Below, piece by piece: positions 34,953 through 44,146 of a DNA stretch of 64,000 nucleotides; positions within the stretch are counted from its first letter, which is position 1, and every line of letters begins with the position of its first letter. Both the position numbers and the translations under genes were made by a program. This DNA is from Casimicrobiaceae bacterium (lineage in GTDB: Bacteria; Pseudomonadota; Gammaproteobacteria; Burkholderiales; Casimicrobiaceae), in assembly GCA_035470905.1 (NCBI GenBank), contig DATIQL010000159.1, forward strand, positions 693 to 64,692, written 5' to 3'. The notes below the pieces were generated by a model. That model had not been told where the DNA came from. It worked only from the letters and a program-made list of their open reading frames with translations, and ran no database searches.

Positions 34953-35366
34953 ATGAATCCCAGCCTGCTGCTCCGCATCCTCCTCGTCACCGCCGTCCTG
35001 CTGGCCATTGCGGCCGGCGCCCTCGACACCGTGTTCCCGCAAGCCGTTCCCGCGAGCGGACGCGAGGCATTCCGCGCGCTCCTCGCTTCGCGCGATGCCT
35101 CGCACGGCACCGGATTCCTGGCGCTCGCGGCTGCCTACGAGCTCGTGCTTCTCGCGTCGGTCATCGGCATGTTCCGGCTGCGCCGCTGGGGGCTCCAACT
35201 CGGCCTCGCCGTGACGGCGCTCACCATGCTCCAGGCCCTGATGCTGGGTCCGCACGCCTACTCGGGCGCGGCGTTCATGCTGAGCTATGCATCCAAGGTT
35301 GCCTGGGGAGCGTCCCTGGCGCTCGCGTTCGTCCTGACCCGGCCAGCGGAGCGCAGTGGCGCCTGA
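34953..35366 (+). CDS. membrane protein, unknown function
   Basis: 137 aa with 4 TM helices. Confidence 0.5.
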   Translation: MNPSLLLRILLVTAVLLAIAAGALDTVFPQAVPASGREAFRALLASRDASHGTGFLALAAAYELVLLASVIGMFRLRRWGLQLGLAVTALTMLQALMLGPHAYSGAAFMLSYASKVAWGASLALAFVLTRPAERSGA

Positions 35367-35370
35367 TCCA

Positions 35371-35994
35371 GTGCACTCCGTCCTCCTGACCGTCGGACTC
35401 TTCGCACTCACGTTCCTGAGCCCCGGGCCCAACCTGCTCGTCGTCGTGCAGGCCAGCCTGCATTCAGGCCGACCTGCGGGCATCGCCGCCGGCCTGGGCG
35501 TGGCTGCCGGCGATGCCATCTATGCGGCGCTCGGCCTGCTCGGCATGGCGACGTTGATCGCCCACAGCGGCGAGCTTTTCTCCGTCGCCAAGGTGATCGG
35601 CGGCGTCTATCTGCTGTGGCTCGCCTGGCGGCTCATCCGCCGGCACCCGGCGGCCCGTCTCGACGCCGATCTGCCGATGCCGCGGCGCTCGCTGGGCGGT
35701 CATTTCCTGCGCGGGCTGACGACCGACCTCGCCAATCCCCAGACCGTGTTGTTCTTCGCCAGCATCTTCGCCGTCACGCTGTCGGCCGACACGCCACCGT
35801 GGGCGAAGCTGCTTTCGTGGCTCGGCATCCTCGGCGCGTCGGTGCTGTGGCGCAGCCTGCTGAGCGTGGCGTTCTCGCGCCGGCGCATTCGCGCCGCCTA
35901 CGGGCGCAGCCAGCGCACGATCGAACGCATCGCCGGTTCGGCCCTCGCAGGCTTCGGCGTGAAGCTGGTGCTGGACGGCCTCTGGCGGCGCTAG
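35371..35994 (+). CDS. LysE/RhtB family amino-acid efflux translocator
   Basis: LSPGPN...LANPQTVLFF. An alternative GTG start is at 35356. Confidence 0.85.
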   Translation: MHSVLLTVGLFALTFLSPGPNLLVVVQASLHSGRPAGIAAGLGVAAGDAIYAALGLLGMATLIAHSGELFSVAKVIGGVYLLWLAWRLIRRHPAARLDADLPMPRRSLGGHFLRGLTTDLANPQTVLFFASIFAVTLSADTPPWAKLLSWLGILGASVLWRSLLSVAFSRRRIRAAYGRSQRTIERIAGSALAGFGVKLVLDGLWRR

Positions 35995-36185
35995 CGCCGG
36001 TCGGACATTGCAGGGCCTGCGGGTCGATCGCCCCCGCGGCGGGGACACGCGCGCCGGCCCATGCGACGGTCATCCCGTTTCGACGCTGTCTTCCCCACAA
36101 ATGTCTGGCAACGCACAAACACTCGTGATTACAATGCCTTATACGTAGAAGCTGAGACTTGCGCTTAACGTCTGATGGAGGAGCC

Positions 36186-36653
36186 GTGACCGCGACCATC
36201 ATCCGCTTCATCGATTTGCTGCTCGTCGCGCTGCTGGCCGGGACGACATTCGGCATCTGGCTGGGTTTCGATCCGACGGGCTTGTCGGCGGCGGCCTACG
36301 TCGAGCAGCAGCAGCACGCGATCCGCGCGCTGAACAGCCTCCTCCCCGCAGCCGGCGCGCTCTGCATCGTCCTGACGCTGGTCCTCGCGATGGCGGCGAA
36401 GCGCAACCCTCGCACGCGCTACCTGCTGCTCGCCTCCACGGTCTGCATGGTCGTCGCCGCGGTCGTCACGCGGTTCGGCAATCAGCCGATCAACGCCCAG
36501 GTCATCACCTGGGCCGTGCAGGCGCCCCCGGCGAACTGGGCGGAACTCCGCGACTGGTGGTGGCAATGGCACACCGTGCGCACGGTCGCGATGGTGGCTG
36601 CGCTGGCGATGCTGATCCTCGCCACGATCACCGATCGCGTATCGTCGCGCTGA
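36186..36653 (+). CDS. DUF1772 (anthrone-oxygenase-like) membrane protein
   Basis: GGAGGAG lies 5 nt before the [11 protein letters not shown]...W...WHTVRT. Confidence 0.7.
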   Translation: MTATIIRFIDLLLVALLAGTTFGIWLGFDPTGLSAAAYVEQQQHAIRALNSLLPAAGALCIVLTLVLAMAAKRNPRTRYLLLASTVCMVVAAVVTRFGNQPINAQVITWAVQAPPANWAELRDWWWQWHTVRTVAMVAALAMLILATITDRVSSR

Positions 36654-36712
36654 TGGCAGCGCAGCCGGCCGCTTGCCCGCATTGCCGATTGCCCGCGCCG
36701 CGAAAGACCACC

Positions 36713-37045
36713 ATGGAACATGCGCTCACCACCACCGGATTCGAGATCGACGGTCACCGGATTACCCGCAACCTCGGCGTGGTGCGCGGCATCACGGTGC
36801 GCTCGCGCTCGATCTTCGGCACCATCGGCGGCTCGCTGCAGACGATCGTCGGCGGCAACATCTCGCTGTTCACCAGCCTATGCGAGAGGACCCGCGCCGA
36901 GGCCTTCGACCTGATGCTCACGCATGCCCGGCAGCTCGGCGGCAATGCGGTCATCGGCATCCGCTACGACGCGACCGACGTCATGAACGGCGTCACCGAA
37001 GTGCTGTGCTACGGCACCGCAGTCGTCGTCGAGCCGACCGTCTGA
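36713..37045 (+). CDS. YbjQ family (UPF0145) protein
   Basis: [15 protein letters not shown]...NAVIGIRYD. Confidence 0.85.
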   Translation: MEHALTTTGFEIDGHRITRNLGVVRGITVRSRSIFGTIGGSLQTIVGGNISLFTSLCERTRAEAFDLMLTHARQLGGNAVIGIRYDATDVMNGVTEVLCYGTAVVVEPTV

Positions 37046-37098
37046 CGCCGGTGCCCGAGGCTTCGCAACTGCAGACGGCACCCGCATGCCGAGCGAAC

Positions 37099-37620
37099 GT
37101 GCCTGACGGCCGCATTCTCCTCCGCTCCGCGACCGAGGCCGACGCACCGGCACTGCTCGCCATCTATGCACCTTACGTCGAGCACACGACGGTCTCGTTC
37201 GAGACAACGGTTCCCGGCGTCGACGAGTTCGAGGGCCGGATCCGCAAATATGCCGAGGGCTGGGCCTGGCTCGTCGCCGAACGCGACGGCAAGCTTCTCG
37301 GTTACGCCTACGGATCCCCGCATCGCGAACGCGCCGCCTACCGGTGGTCGACCGAGACCTCCGCATATGTCGACCCGGGTGCGCAGCGGCAGGGGCTGGG
37401 CCGGACGCTCTATCTGGCGCTGTTCGAGGCGCTGGCGGGTCGCGGCTACTGCAATGCCTACGCCGGCATCGCCTTGCCCAACGACCCCAGCATCGCGCTG
37501 CATTGCAGCGTCGGCTTCGAGCCGGTCGGCGTGTTCCGCGCCGCGGGACGCAAGTTCGGCGCCTGGCGCGACATCGCCTGGTACCAGCGCAGGCTGCGCG
37601 ACGAACCACCGCATGAGTGA
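37099..37620 (+). CDS. GNAT family, phosphinothricin-acetyltransferase-like
   Basis: LRSATEADAPALLAIYAPYVEHTTVSFE...YVDPGAQRQGLGRTLY. An alternative GTG start is at 37051. Confidence 0.8.
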   Translation: MPDGRILLRSATEADAPALLAIYAPYVEHTTVSFETTVPGVDEFEGRIRKYAEGWAWLVAERDGKLLGYAYGSPHRERAAYRWSTETSAYVDPGAQRQGLGRTLYLALFEALAGRGYCNAYAGIALPNDPSIALHCSVGFEPVGVFRAAGRKFGAWRDIAWYQRRLRDEPPHE

Positions 37621-38110
37621 TCCGAAGGCACTTCGAACCCGCCCGCTGCAGCCGAGCGACCAGGCAATGCTCTGGGACCTGCTGCACATTGCGCTGTGGG
37701 ATCCACCACCCGCTCCGCTGCGACCCAGGGAGGTGCTCGAGCTGCCGCAGGTGCGGATCTATGCCGAGGCCTGGGGGCGCCCCGGCGACGTGGGAATCGC
37801 CGGCGAATTGCCCGGCGTGAACGGGCCGATCGGTGCCTGCTGGATGCGCGTCCTTTCCGACGCCCAGGGCCTGGCCTGGGTCGACGAGCACACGCCGCAA
37901 CTCGGCATTGCCCTGTTCCCGCCCTTCCAGCACCGCGGGCTGGGACGCCCGCTGATGCTGGCCGCGCTGGCCGCAGCGAAACAAGCCGGCCACCGGCAGG
38001 TGTCGCTTACCGTGCATCCGCAAAATCCGGCGATTTCGCTCTATGAAAGCTGCGGGTTTCGCAAGGCCGGATTGCGGAACACCTTCCACCTGATGCTCGC
38101 CGGGCTTTGA
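37613..38110 (+). CDS. GNAT family N-acetyltransferase
   Basis: FPPFQHRGLGRPLM...NPAISLYESCGF. Overlaps the upstream gene by 8 nt. Confidence 0.8.
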   Translation: MSDPKALRTRPLQPSDQAMLWDLLHIALWDPPPAPLRPREVLELPQVRIYAEAWGRPGDVGIAGELPGVNGPIGACWMRVLSDAQGLAWVDEHTPQLGIALFPPFQHRGLGRPLMLAALAAAKQAGHRQVSLTVHPQNPAISLYESCGFRKAGLRNTFHLMLAGL

Positions 38111-38303
38111 CCGCTCCCCCGGCCTCCCGTGGCCCGGGGTCCGGCGCAACACGGCGGCGTGCGACGCGCGACGGCAACATCGCGTCGCTGCGCATGCTGT
38201 CCATGCCTCGGGGTCGACGAATCGTCCACCCCGTCGCCCTGCGGGCGATCCCGTGGCAGGGCATGTTCGCCAGCTGCTGGCCCGCTTTGTGCTAATCGAC
38301 CGC

Positions 38304-41300
38304 ATGCCGGCGCCCCACTCCGACTCACCCCATCGGACCATCCGAGCCCACCTCGTCGCGCTCGCGCTCGCTGCCGTCATCCCGCTCGCCGCCGCCGCGG
38401 GCTATGTCATCGTCGATCGCTATCGGGAATCGCGCCATCAGGCCGAAAACCAGCTGCGCAATCTCGCGACGATCACCGCGAACAACATCGATCGCGAGAT
38501 CGCGGAAAGCGAACGGCTGCTGACGGTCCTCGCGCAGCGGCCGCTGGTGTCCGCACTGGATCCCGCCCGCTGCGATCCGTTCCTGGCCGAGTTCCTGAAA
38601 CTGCACCCCGAGTTCGCCAACCTGCTGACCCGGACGCTGCGCGGGGACAGCGTCTGCGCGCTCCTTCCCGACACCTCGGGCGGCGAGGCCGCGGCCGCCT
38701 TTCCCTGGTTCCGCGAGGGCGTCCGCCGGGCCCGCTTCACGGCAGGCGACGCCTTCCTCGGCAAATCCAGCGGTCGCTGGGTTTCGGTCCTGACGCAGCC
38801 GCTGCGGGGTGCCGGAGGGGCAGTGACCGGCCTGCTCGTGCTGCCGTTGGACCTGCTGAAGCTGCAGGCGCGGATCCTTCCGGCAATTCCCGGGGATGTC
38901 GTGGTCTCGGTGGTCGATGCCCACGGGCGGTTCCTGATGCGCTCGGCCGACCCCGAGCAATGGATCGGCAAGCCGGTCGGCAACGCGCAGCTGGCGAACG
39001 CCGCGCGCGCCCGCGGCGATGGAATTTACCGGGTGTCGAGCGTGGACGGAGTCGCCCGGGTCATCGCCTACCATTCGGACCCGCGGACCGGGTGGCTGGT
39101 CTCGGTGGGCATTCCCGAGGACACGCTGTTCGCGCCGGTACGGGACCGGATCATCCGCGCGATCGTGCTGGTCCTGGGGACGCTGGCGTTCGCGCTGCTT
39201 CTGGCGCGCCGCTACGGCAATGCCATCGCAAGGCCGATCACGAGCCTCGAAGCGGCGGCAGAACGGGTGGCCGACGGCGACCTCGCCGCACGCGCCGCCA
39301 TCGAGGGCCCCGCCGAGCTGACCAAGGTGGCCAGCGAGTTCAACCGGATGCTGGACGTGCGGGAACGCGCCGCGGCGGACCTGCGCACCCGCAATCGCAA
39401 TCTCGGCATGCTGATCGAGTGCAACCAGGCGCTCGTCCGGGCGACGCAGGAGCAGAAGTTCTTCGATGACATGTGTCGCATCCTCGTCGAGCGCGGAGGC
39501 CACGTCCTTGCCTGGATCGGCTATGCCGAGGACGACGAGGCGAAAAGCGTGCGCCCGGCCGCCATGTACGGCGCGACCGGGTACCTCGAGGACCTGAAGG
39601 TCTCCTGGGCCGACGATGCGCTGGGCCAGGGGCCGACCGGGATGAGCATCCGTTCCGGTCAGCCCGCCGTGGTTCGCGACACCCTGACCGACGGTCCCTT
39701 CGGTCCCTGGCGGGCCCGCGCCGGCCGCTTCGGCATTCGCAGCGCCATCTCGCTCCCGCTGGGCAGCGAGCAGCCCGCGTTCGGAACCCTCTGCATCTAT
39801 TCGACCGACCCGGCCCGATTCAACGACGAGGAGGTCAGGCTGCTGGTCGAGCTGGCCAACGATCTGACCTATGGCATCGAATCGCTGCGCGCCGAGGCGC
39901 GCCGCCGCGAGTCGGAGCGCGCGCAACATGAGAGCGACGAGCGGTTCCGCCAGATCGCGGAGAACATCAGCGAGGTCTTCTGGCTCACCGACCCGGCCAA
40001 GGACCGGCTGCTCTATGTGAGCCCGGCCTACGCAGACGTCTGGCAACGCAGCGTCGCCGAGCTCTACCTGCACCCGCACCAATGGCTCGACGCCGTCCAC
40101 CCGGAGGACCACGACCGGGTGGCCAGCATCACGCAGGGGCCAGCCATCGAGGGCGGCTACGACGAGGAGTACCGGATCCTGCGCCCGGATGGCGCGCTGC
40201 GCTGGATTCGCGATCGCGCGTTCCCCGTTCGCGACGCAAGCGGCAGCGTCTACCGCGTCGTCGGCACCGCACAGGACATCACCGAGCGCAAGCTCGCGGA
40301 GATGCGCGTCAAGAACCTCAACCGGATCCACGCGGTCCTCAGCCAGATCAACGCGCTGATCGTTCGCGTGCGGGACCGCGGCGAGCTGTTCCGGGAGGCG
40401 TGCCGCATCGCCGTCGACGCCGGCCAGCTCCCGATGGCGTGGATCGGCGTCGTCGACAACGAGGCCCGGAGGGTCCGGCCGGTCGCCTGGGATGGCGACA
40501 TCCGCGATTTCTTCGAGACCGCACCGCTGACCATGACCGAGATCGGGTGTCCGGGTCCCGGTCTCGCGCGACGCGCCGTCCGCAACCTGCAGCCGGTGAT
40601 CTCGAACGACGCGCAGGACGACCCCCAGATCGTCACCCAGCGCGAGTTCCGCGAACGGGGAATCCATTCGGTCTGCGTCATTCCGCTGACCGTGGGCGGA
40701 AACGCGGTCGGTGTCCTCGCTCTCTACTCGGCCGAGCGCGGATTCTTCGACGACGACGAGATGAAGCTCCTGCTGGAGCTTGCGGGTGACATTTCGTTTG
40801 CGCTCGAGCACATCGAGAAATCCGAGCGGCTCGATTACGTCGCGTATTACGATGTCCTCACCGGGCTGCCGAACCGAACGCTGTTCCACGAGCGCCTGAC
40901 GCAGCGCCTCAAGGGCACGGGACCGGAACGACCCCGGCTCGCCCTGGCCCTGCTCGACGTCGAGCGATTCAAGGCCGTCAACGACTCCCTCGGGCGGCAG
41001 GCGGGCGACGAGCTGCTGCGGCAGGTCGCGACGCGCCTGATCCAATGCGCCGGGGATTCGAGTCGCGTGGGGCGGCTGGGTGCGGACAGCTTCGCGGTCG
41101 TCGTCCCGCTGCCCGGCGAGACCGACGTCCTGGCACGCGAGCTGGACGGGCAGCTGCGCAGCTGCTTCAACGAGCCGTTTTCCATCGGTGGCGCGACGTC
41201 GTTGCACGTTTCCGCAAGGACCGGCGTCGCGCTGTATCCGGAGGACGGCGCGGACGCCGAGACCCTGCTGCGAAACGCCGAGGCGGCGCTCAAGAACGCC

Positions 41301-42149
41301 AAATCCACCGGCGACAAGCTCACGTTCTACGCGCGGCACATGACCGAGATCGCCGCCGAAAAGCTTTCGCTGGAGAACAAGCTGCGACTCGCGCTCGAGC
41401 GGGACGAGTTCGTGCTGCATTACCAGCCGAAGGTCGACGTCGCGACTCGCAGGATCATGGGCGTCGAGGCGCTGATGCGCTGGCAAAGTCCGGAGCTGGG
41501 GCTCGTGCCCCCCGCGCAGTTCATCCCGCTGCTCGAGGAGACCGGAATGATCCTCGACGTCGGGGCCTGGGCCATCCGCAGGGCGGTCATCGACCACGAC
41601 CAGTGGCGCAGCGGGGGATTGGATGCCCCGCGCGTCGCGGTGAACGTCTCGCCGATCCAGCTGCGCAAGCCCGATTTCGTCGGAATCGTGCACGCCGCAA
41701 TCGCACACGGGACGGGGCCCTGCGCGATCGATCTCGAGATCACCGAGAGCCTGATCATGGAGGATGTCGAGGAGAACATCCGGAAGCTCGCCGCGGTCAG
41801 GGCAATGGGGATCGGCATTGCGGTCGACGACTTCGGCACCGGCTACTCGTCGCTCAGCTACCTCACCAAGCTCCCCGTGCAGACGCTCAAGATCGACCGC
41901 GCGTTCATCAGCGCAATGCTCGACGACCCGAATACGATGCTGCTCGTATCGACGGTGATTTCGCTGGCGCATTCGCTCGGGCTCAAGGTCGTCGCCGAAG
42001 GCGTCGATGCGGAGCCGCAGGCCCAGATGCTGCGCCGGCTGAAGTGCGACGAAATGCAGGGCTACCTGATCAGCGAAGCGGTGCCGCCCGAGGAGTTGGC
42101 CACCCTGCTCGCCGGGGACGCCATCGCCCTGCCGCTCTCCCGGCGCTGA
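38304..42149 (+). CDS. membrane sensor: periplasmic Cache-like domain, HAMP, GAF, PAS, GAF, degenerate GGDEF, EAL (likely c-di-GMP phosphodiesterase)
   Basis: Two TM helices flank a periplasmic domain of about 270 aa. The GGDEF site reads GADSF (41079-41093). EAL motifs are intact: EALMRW at 41466-41483, then DDFGTGYSS, KIDRAF and EGVD..Q. Confidence 0.9.
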   Translation: MPAPHSDSPHRTIRAHLVALALAAVIPLAAAAGYVIVDRYRESRHQAENQLRNLATITANNIDREIAESERLLTVLAQRPLVSALDPARCDPFLAEFLKLHPEFANLLTRTLRGDSVCALLPDTSGGEAAAAFPWFREGVRRARFTAGDAFLGKSSGRWVSVLTQPLRGAGGAVTGLLVLPLDLLKLQARILPAIPGDVVVSVVDAHGRFLMRSADPEQWIGKPVGNAQLANAARARGDGIYRVSSVDGVARVIAYHSDPRTGWLVSVGIPEDTLFAPVRDRIIRAIVLVLGTLAFALLLARRYGNAIARPITSLEAAAERVADGDLAARAAIEGPAELTKVASEFNRMLDVRERAAADLRTRNRNLGMLIECNQALVRATQEQKFFDDMCRILVERGGHVLAWIGYAEDDEAKSVRPAAMYGATGYLEDLKVSWADDALGQGPTGMSIRSGQPAVVRDTLTDGPFGPWRARAGRFGIRSAISLPLGSEQPAFGTLCIYSTDPARFNDEEVRLLVELANDLTYGIESLRAEARRRESERAQHESDERFRQIAENISEVFWLTDPAKDRLLYVSPAYADVWQRSVAELYLHPHQWLDAVHPEDHDRVASITQGPAIEGGYDEEYRILRPDGALRWIRDRAFPVRDASGSVYRVVGTAQDITERKLAEMRVKNLNRIHAVLSQINALIVRVRDRGELFREACRIAVDAGQLPMAWIGVVDNEARRVRPVAWDGDIRDFFETAPLTMTEIGCPGPGLARRAVRNLQPVISNDAQDDPQIVTQREFRERGIHSVCVIPLTVGGNAVGVLALYSAERGFFDDDEMKLLLELAGDISFALEHIEKSERLDYVAYYDVLTGLPNRTLFHERLTQRLKGTGPERPRLALALLDVERFKAVNDSLGRQAGDELLRQVATRLIQCAGDSSRVGRLGADSFAVVVPLPGETDVLARELDGQLRSCFNEPFSIGGATSLHVSARTGVALYPEDGADAETLLRNAEAALKNAKSTGDKLTFYARHMTEIAAEKLSLENKLRLALERDEFVLHYQPKVDVATRRIMGVEALMRWQSPELGLVPPAQFIPLLEETGMILDVGAWAIRRAVIDHDQWRSGGLDAPRVAVNVSPIQLRKPDFVGIVHAAIAHGTGPCAIDLEITESLIMEDVEENIRKLAAVRAMGIGIAVDDFGTGYSSLSYLTKLPVQTLKIDRAFISAMLDDPNTMLLVSTVISLAHSLGLKVVAEGVDAEPQAQMLRRLKCDEMQGYLISEAVPPEELATLLAGDAIALPLSRR

Positions 42150-42217
42150 TCGTCGCAGCGCGCCTTTGCGTCGCCGGGGCCGCCCCGAGGTTGCATTCAG
42201 GCTGCGGACAGGCTGGG

Positions 42218-42223
42218 TATAAT
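42218..42223 (+). promoter_or_regulatory. candidate -10 box (TATAAT) upstream of carbonic anhydrase
   Basis: A perfect TATAAT in a GC-rich intergenic region, 134 nt before the ATG. The -35 is poor (ATTCAG at 17 nt spacing; TTGCAT at 21 nt). Confidence 0.3.
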
Positions 42224-42356
42224 CCGTCGCGCATCGCCGGCTGCCCAGGCGCGGGTTCCGGCGCTCCCCGCGCAGCCCGCGAGTCTCCAATGCGACACGA
42301 CACACTTCCCGACGTCCCCCCGTACCCCCGGATCGGCATGGCAACAAGGCGCAGCG

Positions 42357-42986
42357 ATGATTCCGGCGCGTGAAGCGCTGGAGCGCCTGATCGAGGGCAA
42401 TCGCCGCTTCGCATCGGGCCTGCGGAGCCGCGACCGGCCCACGAGCCCGGCGCGCCGCGACGAGCTCGTCGCCGGCCAGGAGCCTTTCGCGATCATCCTC
42501 GGGTGCTCGGATTCGCGCGTGCCTGCGGAGATCGTCTTCGACCAGGGCTTGGGCGACCTGTTCGTCATCCGCGTCGCCGGCAACGTCGTCGCTGCGTCGC
42601 AGGTCGGCAGTGTCGAATTCGCCGCCGCCCGCTATGGCACGCGGCTGGTCGTCGTGCTGGGCCACTCGCAATGCGGCGCCATTCTCGCCACGCTCGAAGA
42701 GCTCCAGCAGTCGACCGAGAACCGGTCGCGAAATCTGCGCTCGATCGTCGACCGCGTCCGCCCCTCGGTCGAGACCCTGCTGGCGACCGAGCTGCGGCAC
42801 GACCCCGTTGCGCTGGTGCAGCAGGCCGTCCGGGCGAACATCCGCGCTTCGGCGAATCACCTGCGACACGGATCGGAGATCCTCGAGCAGCTGATCCAGG
42901 ACAAGGGCCTGATGGTCGTCGGCGCCGAGTATTCGCTCGAGACCGGAGTCGTCGAGTTCTTCGACGGCATTCCCGACGCCGGCTAG
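42357..42986 (+). CDS. beta-class carbonic anhydrase
   Basis: CSDSRVP...GDLFVIRVAGN...VLGHSQCGA. Confidence 0.9.
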   Translation: MIPAREALERLIEGNRRFASGLRSRDRPTSPARRDELVAGQEPFAIILGCSDSRVPAEIVFDQGLGDLFVIRVAGNVVAASQVGSVEFAAARYGTRLVVVLGHSQCGAILATLEELQQSTENRSRNLRSIVDRVRPSVETLLATELRHDPVALVQQAVRANIRASANHLRHGSEILEQLIQDKGLMVVGAEYSLETGVVEFFDGIPDAG

Positions 42987-43054
42987 TGCCGGTCCGCCGC
43001 CGGACGCCAGGTCGGGCGCGCCGTGCAAAGGCCAGCGCCACGCCGCAGGTGCAA

Positions 43055-44146
43055 TCAGCCGGCGAGGAGGTTCAGCGCGGCCGCGGGAAAGGCGACGAGC
43101 GCCTGGCTTCCCGGCGCGAGCGCCAGCTGCCGACACTGCGCGGGCGTCACCGAGGCGATCAGCGGAAAGCCGCAATCGCAGTCGACCCGCACCAACGGGC
43201 CCCGATTCGCCAGCCGCAGGACCCTCGCGGGCATGGTGATGTCCCCGGCCGATGCCGCCTGCCCCAGCAGCAGCACCGAAAGATCCTCCGCACGCACGCT
43301 GACCGACACACGCTGCCCCGCCACGGCTGCACGGCCGTGCAACGGGACCCGGAGCTCCGAGCTGCCCAGGACGACGATCGCCTCCCCGTCAGCGACCGCG
43401 CGGACCTCGCCGTCGACGATGTTCTCGACGCCGGTCATCCGCGCGATCCGTGCGCTCCCGGGCGCCGCGAACACGCGCTCTGCGGGGCCGCACTGGACGA
43501 TCGTCCCGCCATCCACGACCGCGACCTGGTCGGCGAAGGCCATCGCCTCCGCGTAATCGTGGGTCACGTAGAGCGCAGGTACGCCTGCCTCGCGCAGGAA
43601 CTCCGCCAGCTCGTCGCGCAGCGCATCGCGGGTCGCCGCGTCGAGGGCGGAGAAAGGCTCGTCGAAGAGGAACACCGCGGGGTCCGTCGCAAGCGCCCGC
43701 GCCAGTGCGACCCGCTGTTTTTCGCCCCCGCTCAAGTCGGCCGGCCGGCGGTCGGCGATCCGCGCGAGATCGAAGCGCGCGAGCAGCGCAGCGATCCGCC
43801 GCTCGCCCTCCGAGCGCGCGACCCGGCCCACACCGCGCGCCTCGGTGGCAAAACGGACGTTCTGCGCGACGCTGAGATGCGGGAAAAGCGCGAAGTTCTG
43901 GAACACGTAGCCGACATGTCGCGCTTCGGGAGGCAATGCGGTCACGTCGCGGTCACCGATGCGGACGCGACCCTGCAGCGGGCGATGGAAGCCAGCGATC
44001 GTCTCCAGGATCACGCTCTTGCCGGCGCCGTTCGGGCCCAGCAGCACCAGGACCTCGCCCGGCGCGACGGCGAGGGTGAGCTCACGCAGCGCGAAGGCGC
44101 CCAGCGCGACCGAGACGCCCTCGACCGCCAGTGCCTGCGCGCTCAC
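43055..44146 (-). CDS. ABC transporter ATP-binding protein (ModC/WtpC-type, C-terminal TOBE-like domain)
   Basis: GPNGAGKS, LSGGEKQR, FLFDEP. The GTG start overlaps the permease stop (GTGA). Confidence 0.9.
   Translation of the reverse strand: MSAQALAVEGVSVALGAFALRELTLAVAPGEVLVLLGPNGAGKSVILETIAGFHRPLQGRVRIGDRDVTALPPEARHVGYVFQNFALFPHLSVAQNVRFATEARGVGRVARSEGERRIAALLARFDLARIADRRPADLSGGEKQRVALARALATDPAVFLFDEPFSALDAATRDALRDELAEFLREAGVPALYVTHDYAEAMAFADQVAVVDGGTIVQCGPAERVFAAPGSARIARMTGVENIVDGEVRAVADGEAIVVLGSSELRVPLHGRAAVAGQRVSVSVRAEDLSVLLLGQAASAGDITMPARVLRLANRGPLVRVDCDCGFPLIASVTPAQCRQLALAPGSQALVAFPAAALNLLAG

Noticed and set aside
36100-36185. Promoter in the AT-richer stretch (TTACAATGCCTTATACGTAG) upstream of the DUF1772 gene
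   Set aside because: A TACAAT-like -10 is present, but I could not pair it with a convincing -35 at proper spacing. It is left unannotated.
38161-38188. Hairpin GCGACGCG-N12-CGCGTCGC after the last GNAT as a terminator or final attC
   Set aside because: It has an 8-bp stem but no U-tract and no RYYYAAC/GTTRRRY cores. That is insufficient to call either.
38325-43175. 1616-aa ORF on the minus strand
   Set aside because: It lies antisense to the well-supported GGDEF-EAL sensor and carbonic anhydrase genes. It is Arg/Ala/Gly/Pro-rich with no recognisable motifs, which is the typical shadow ORF of a high-GC genome.
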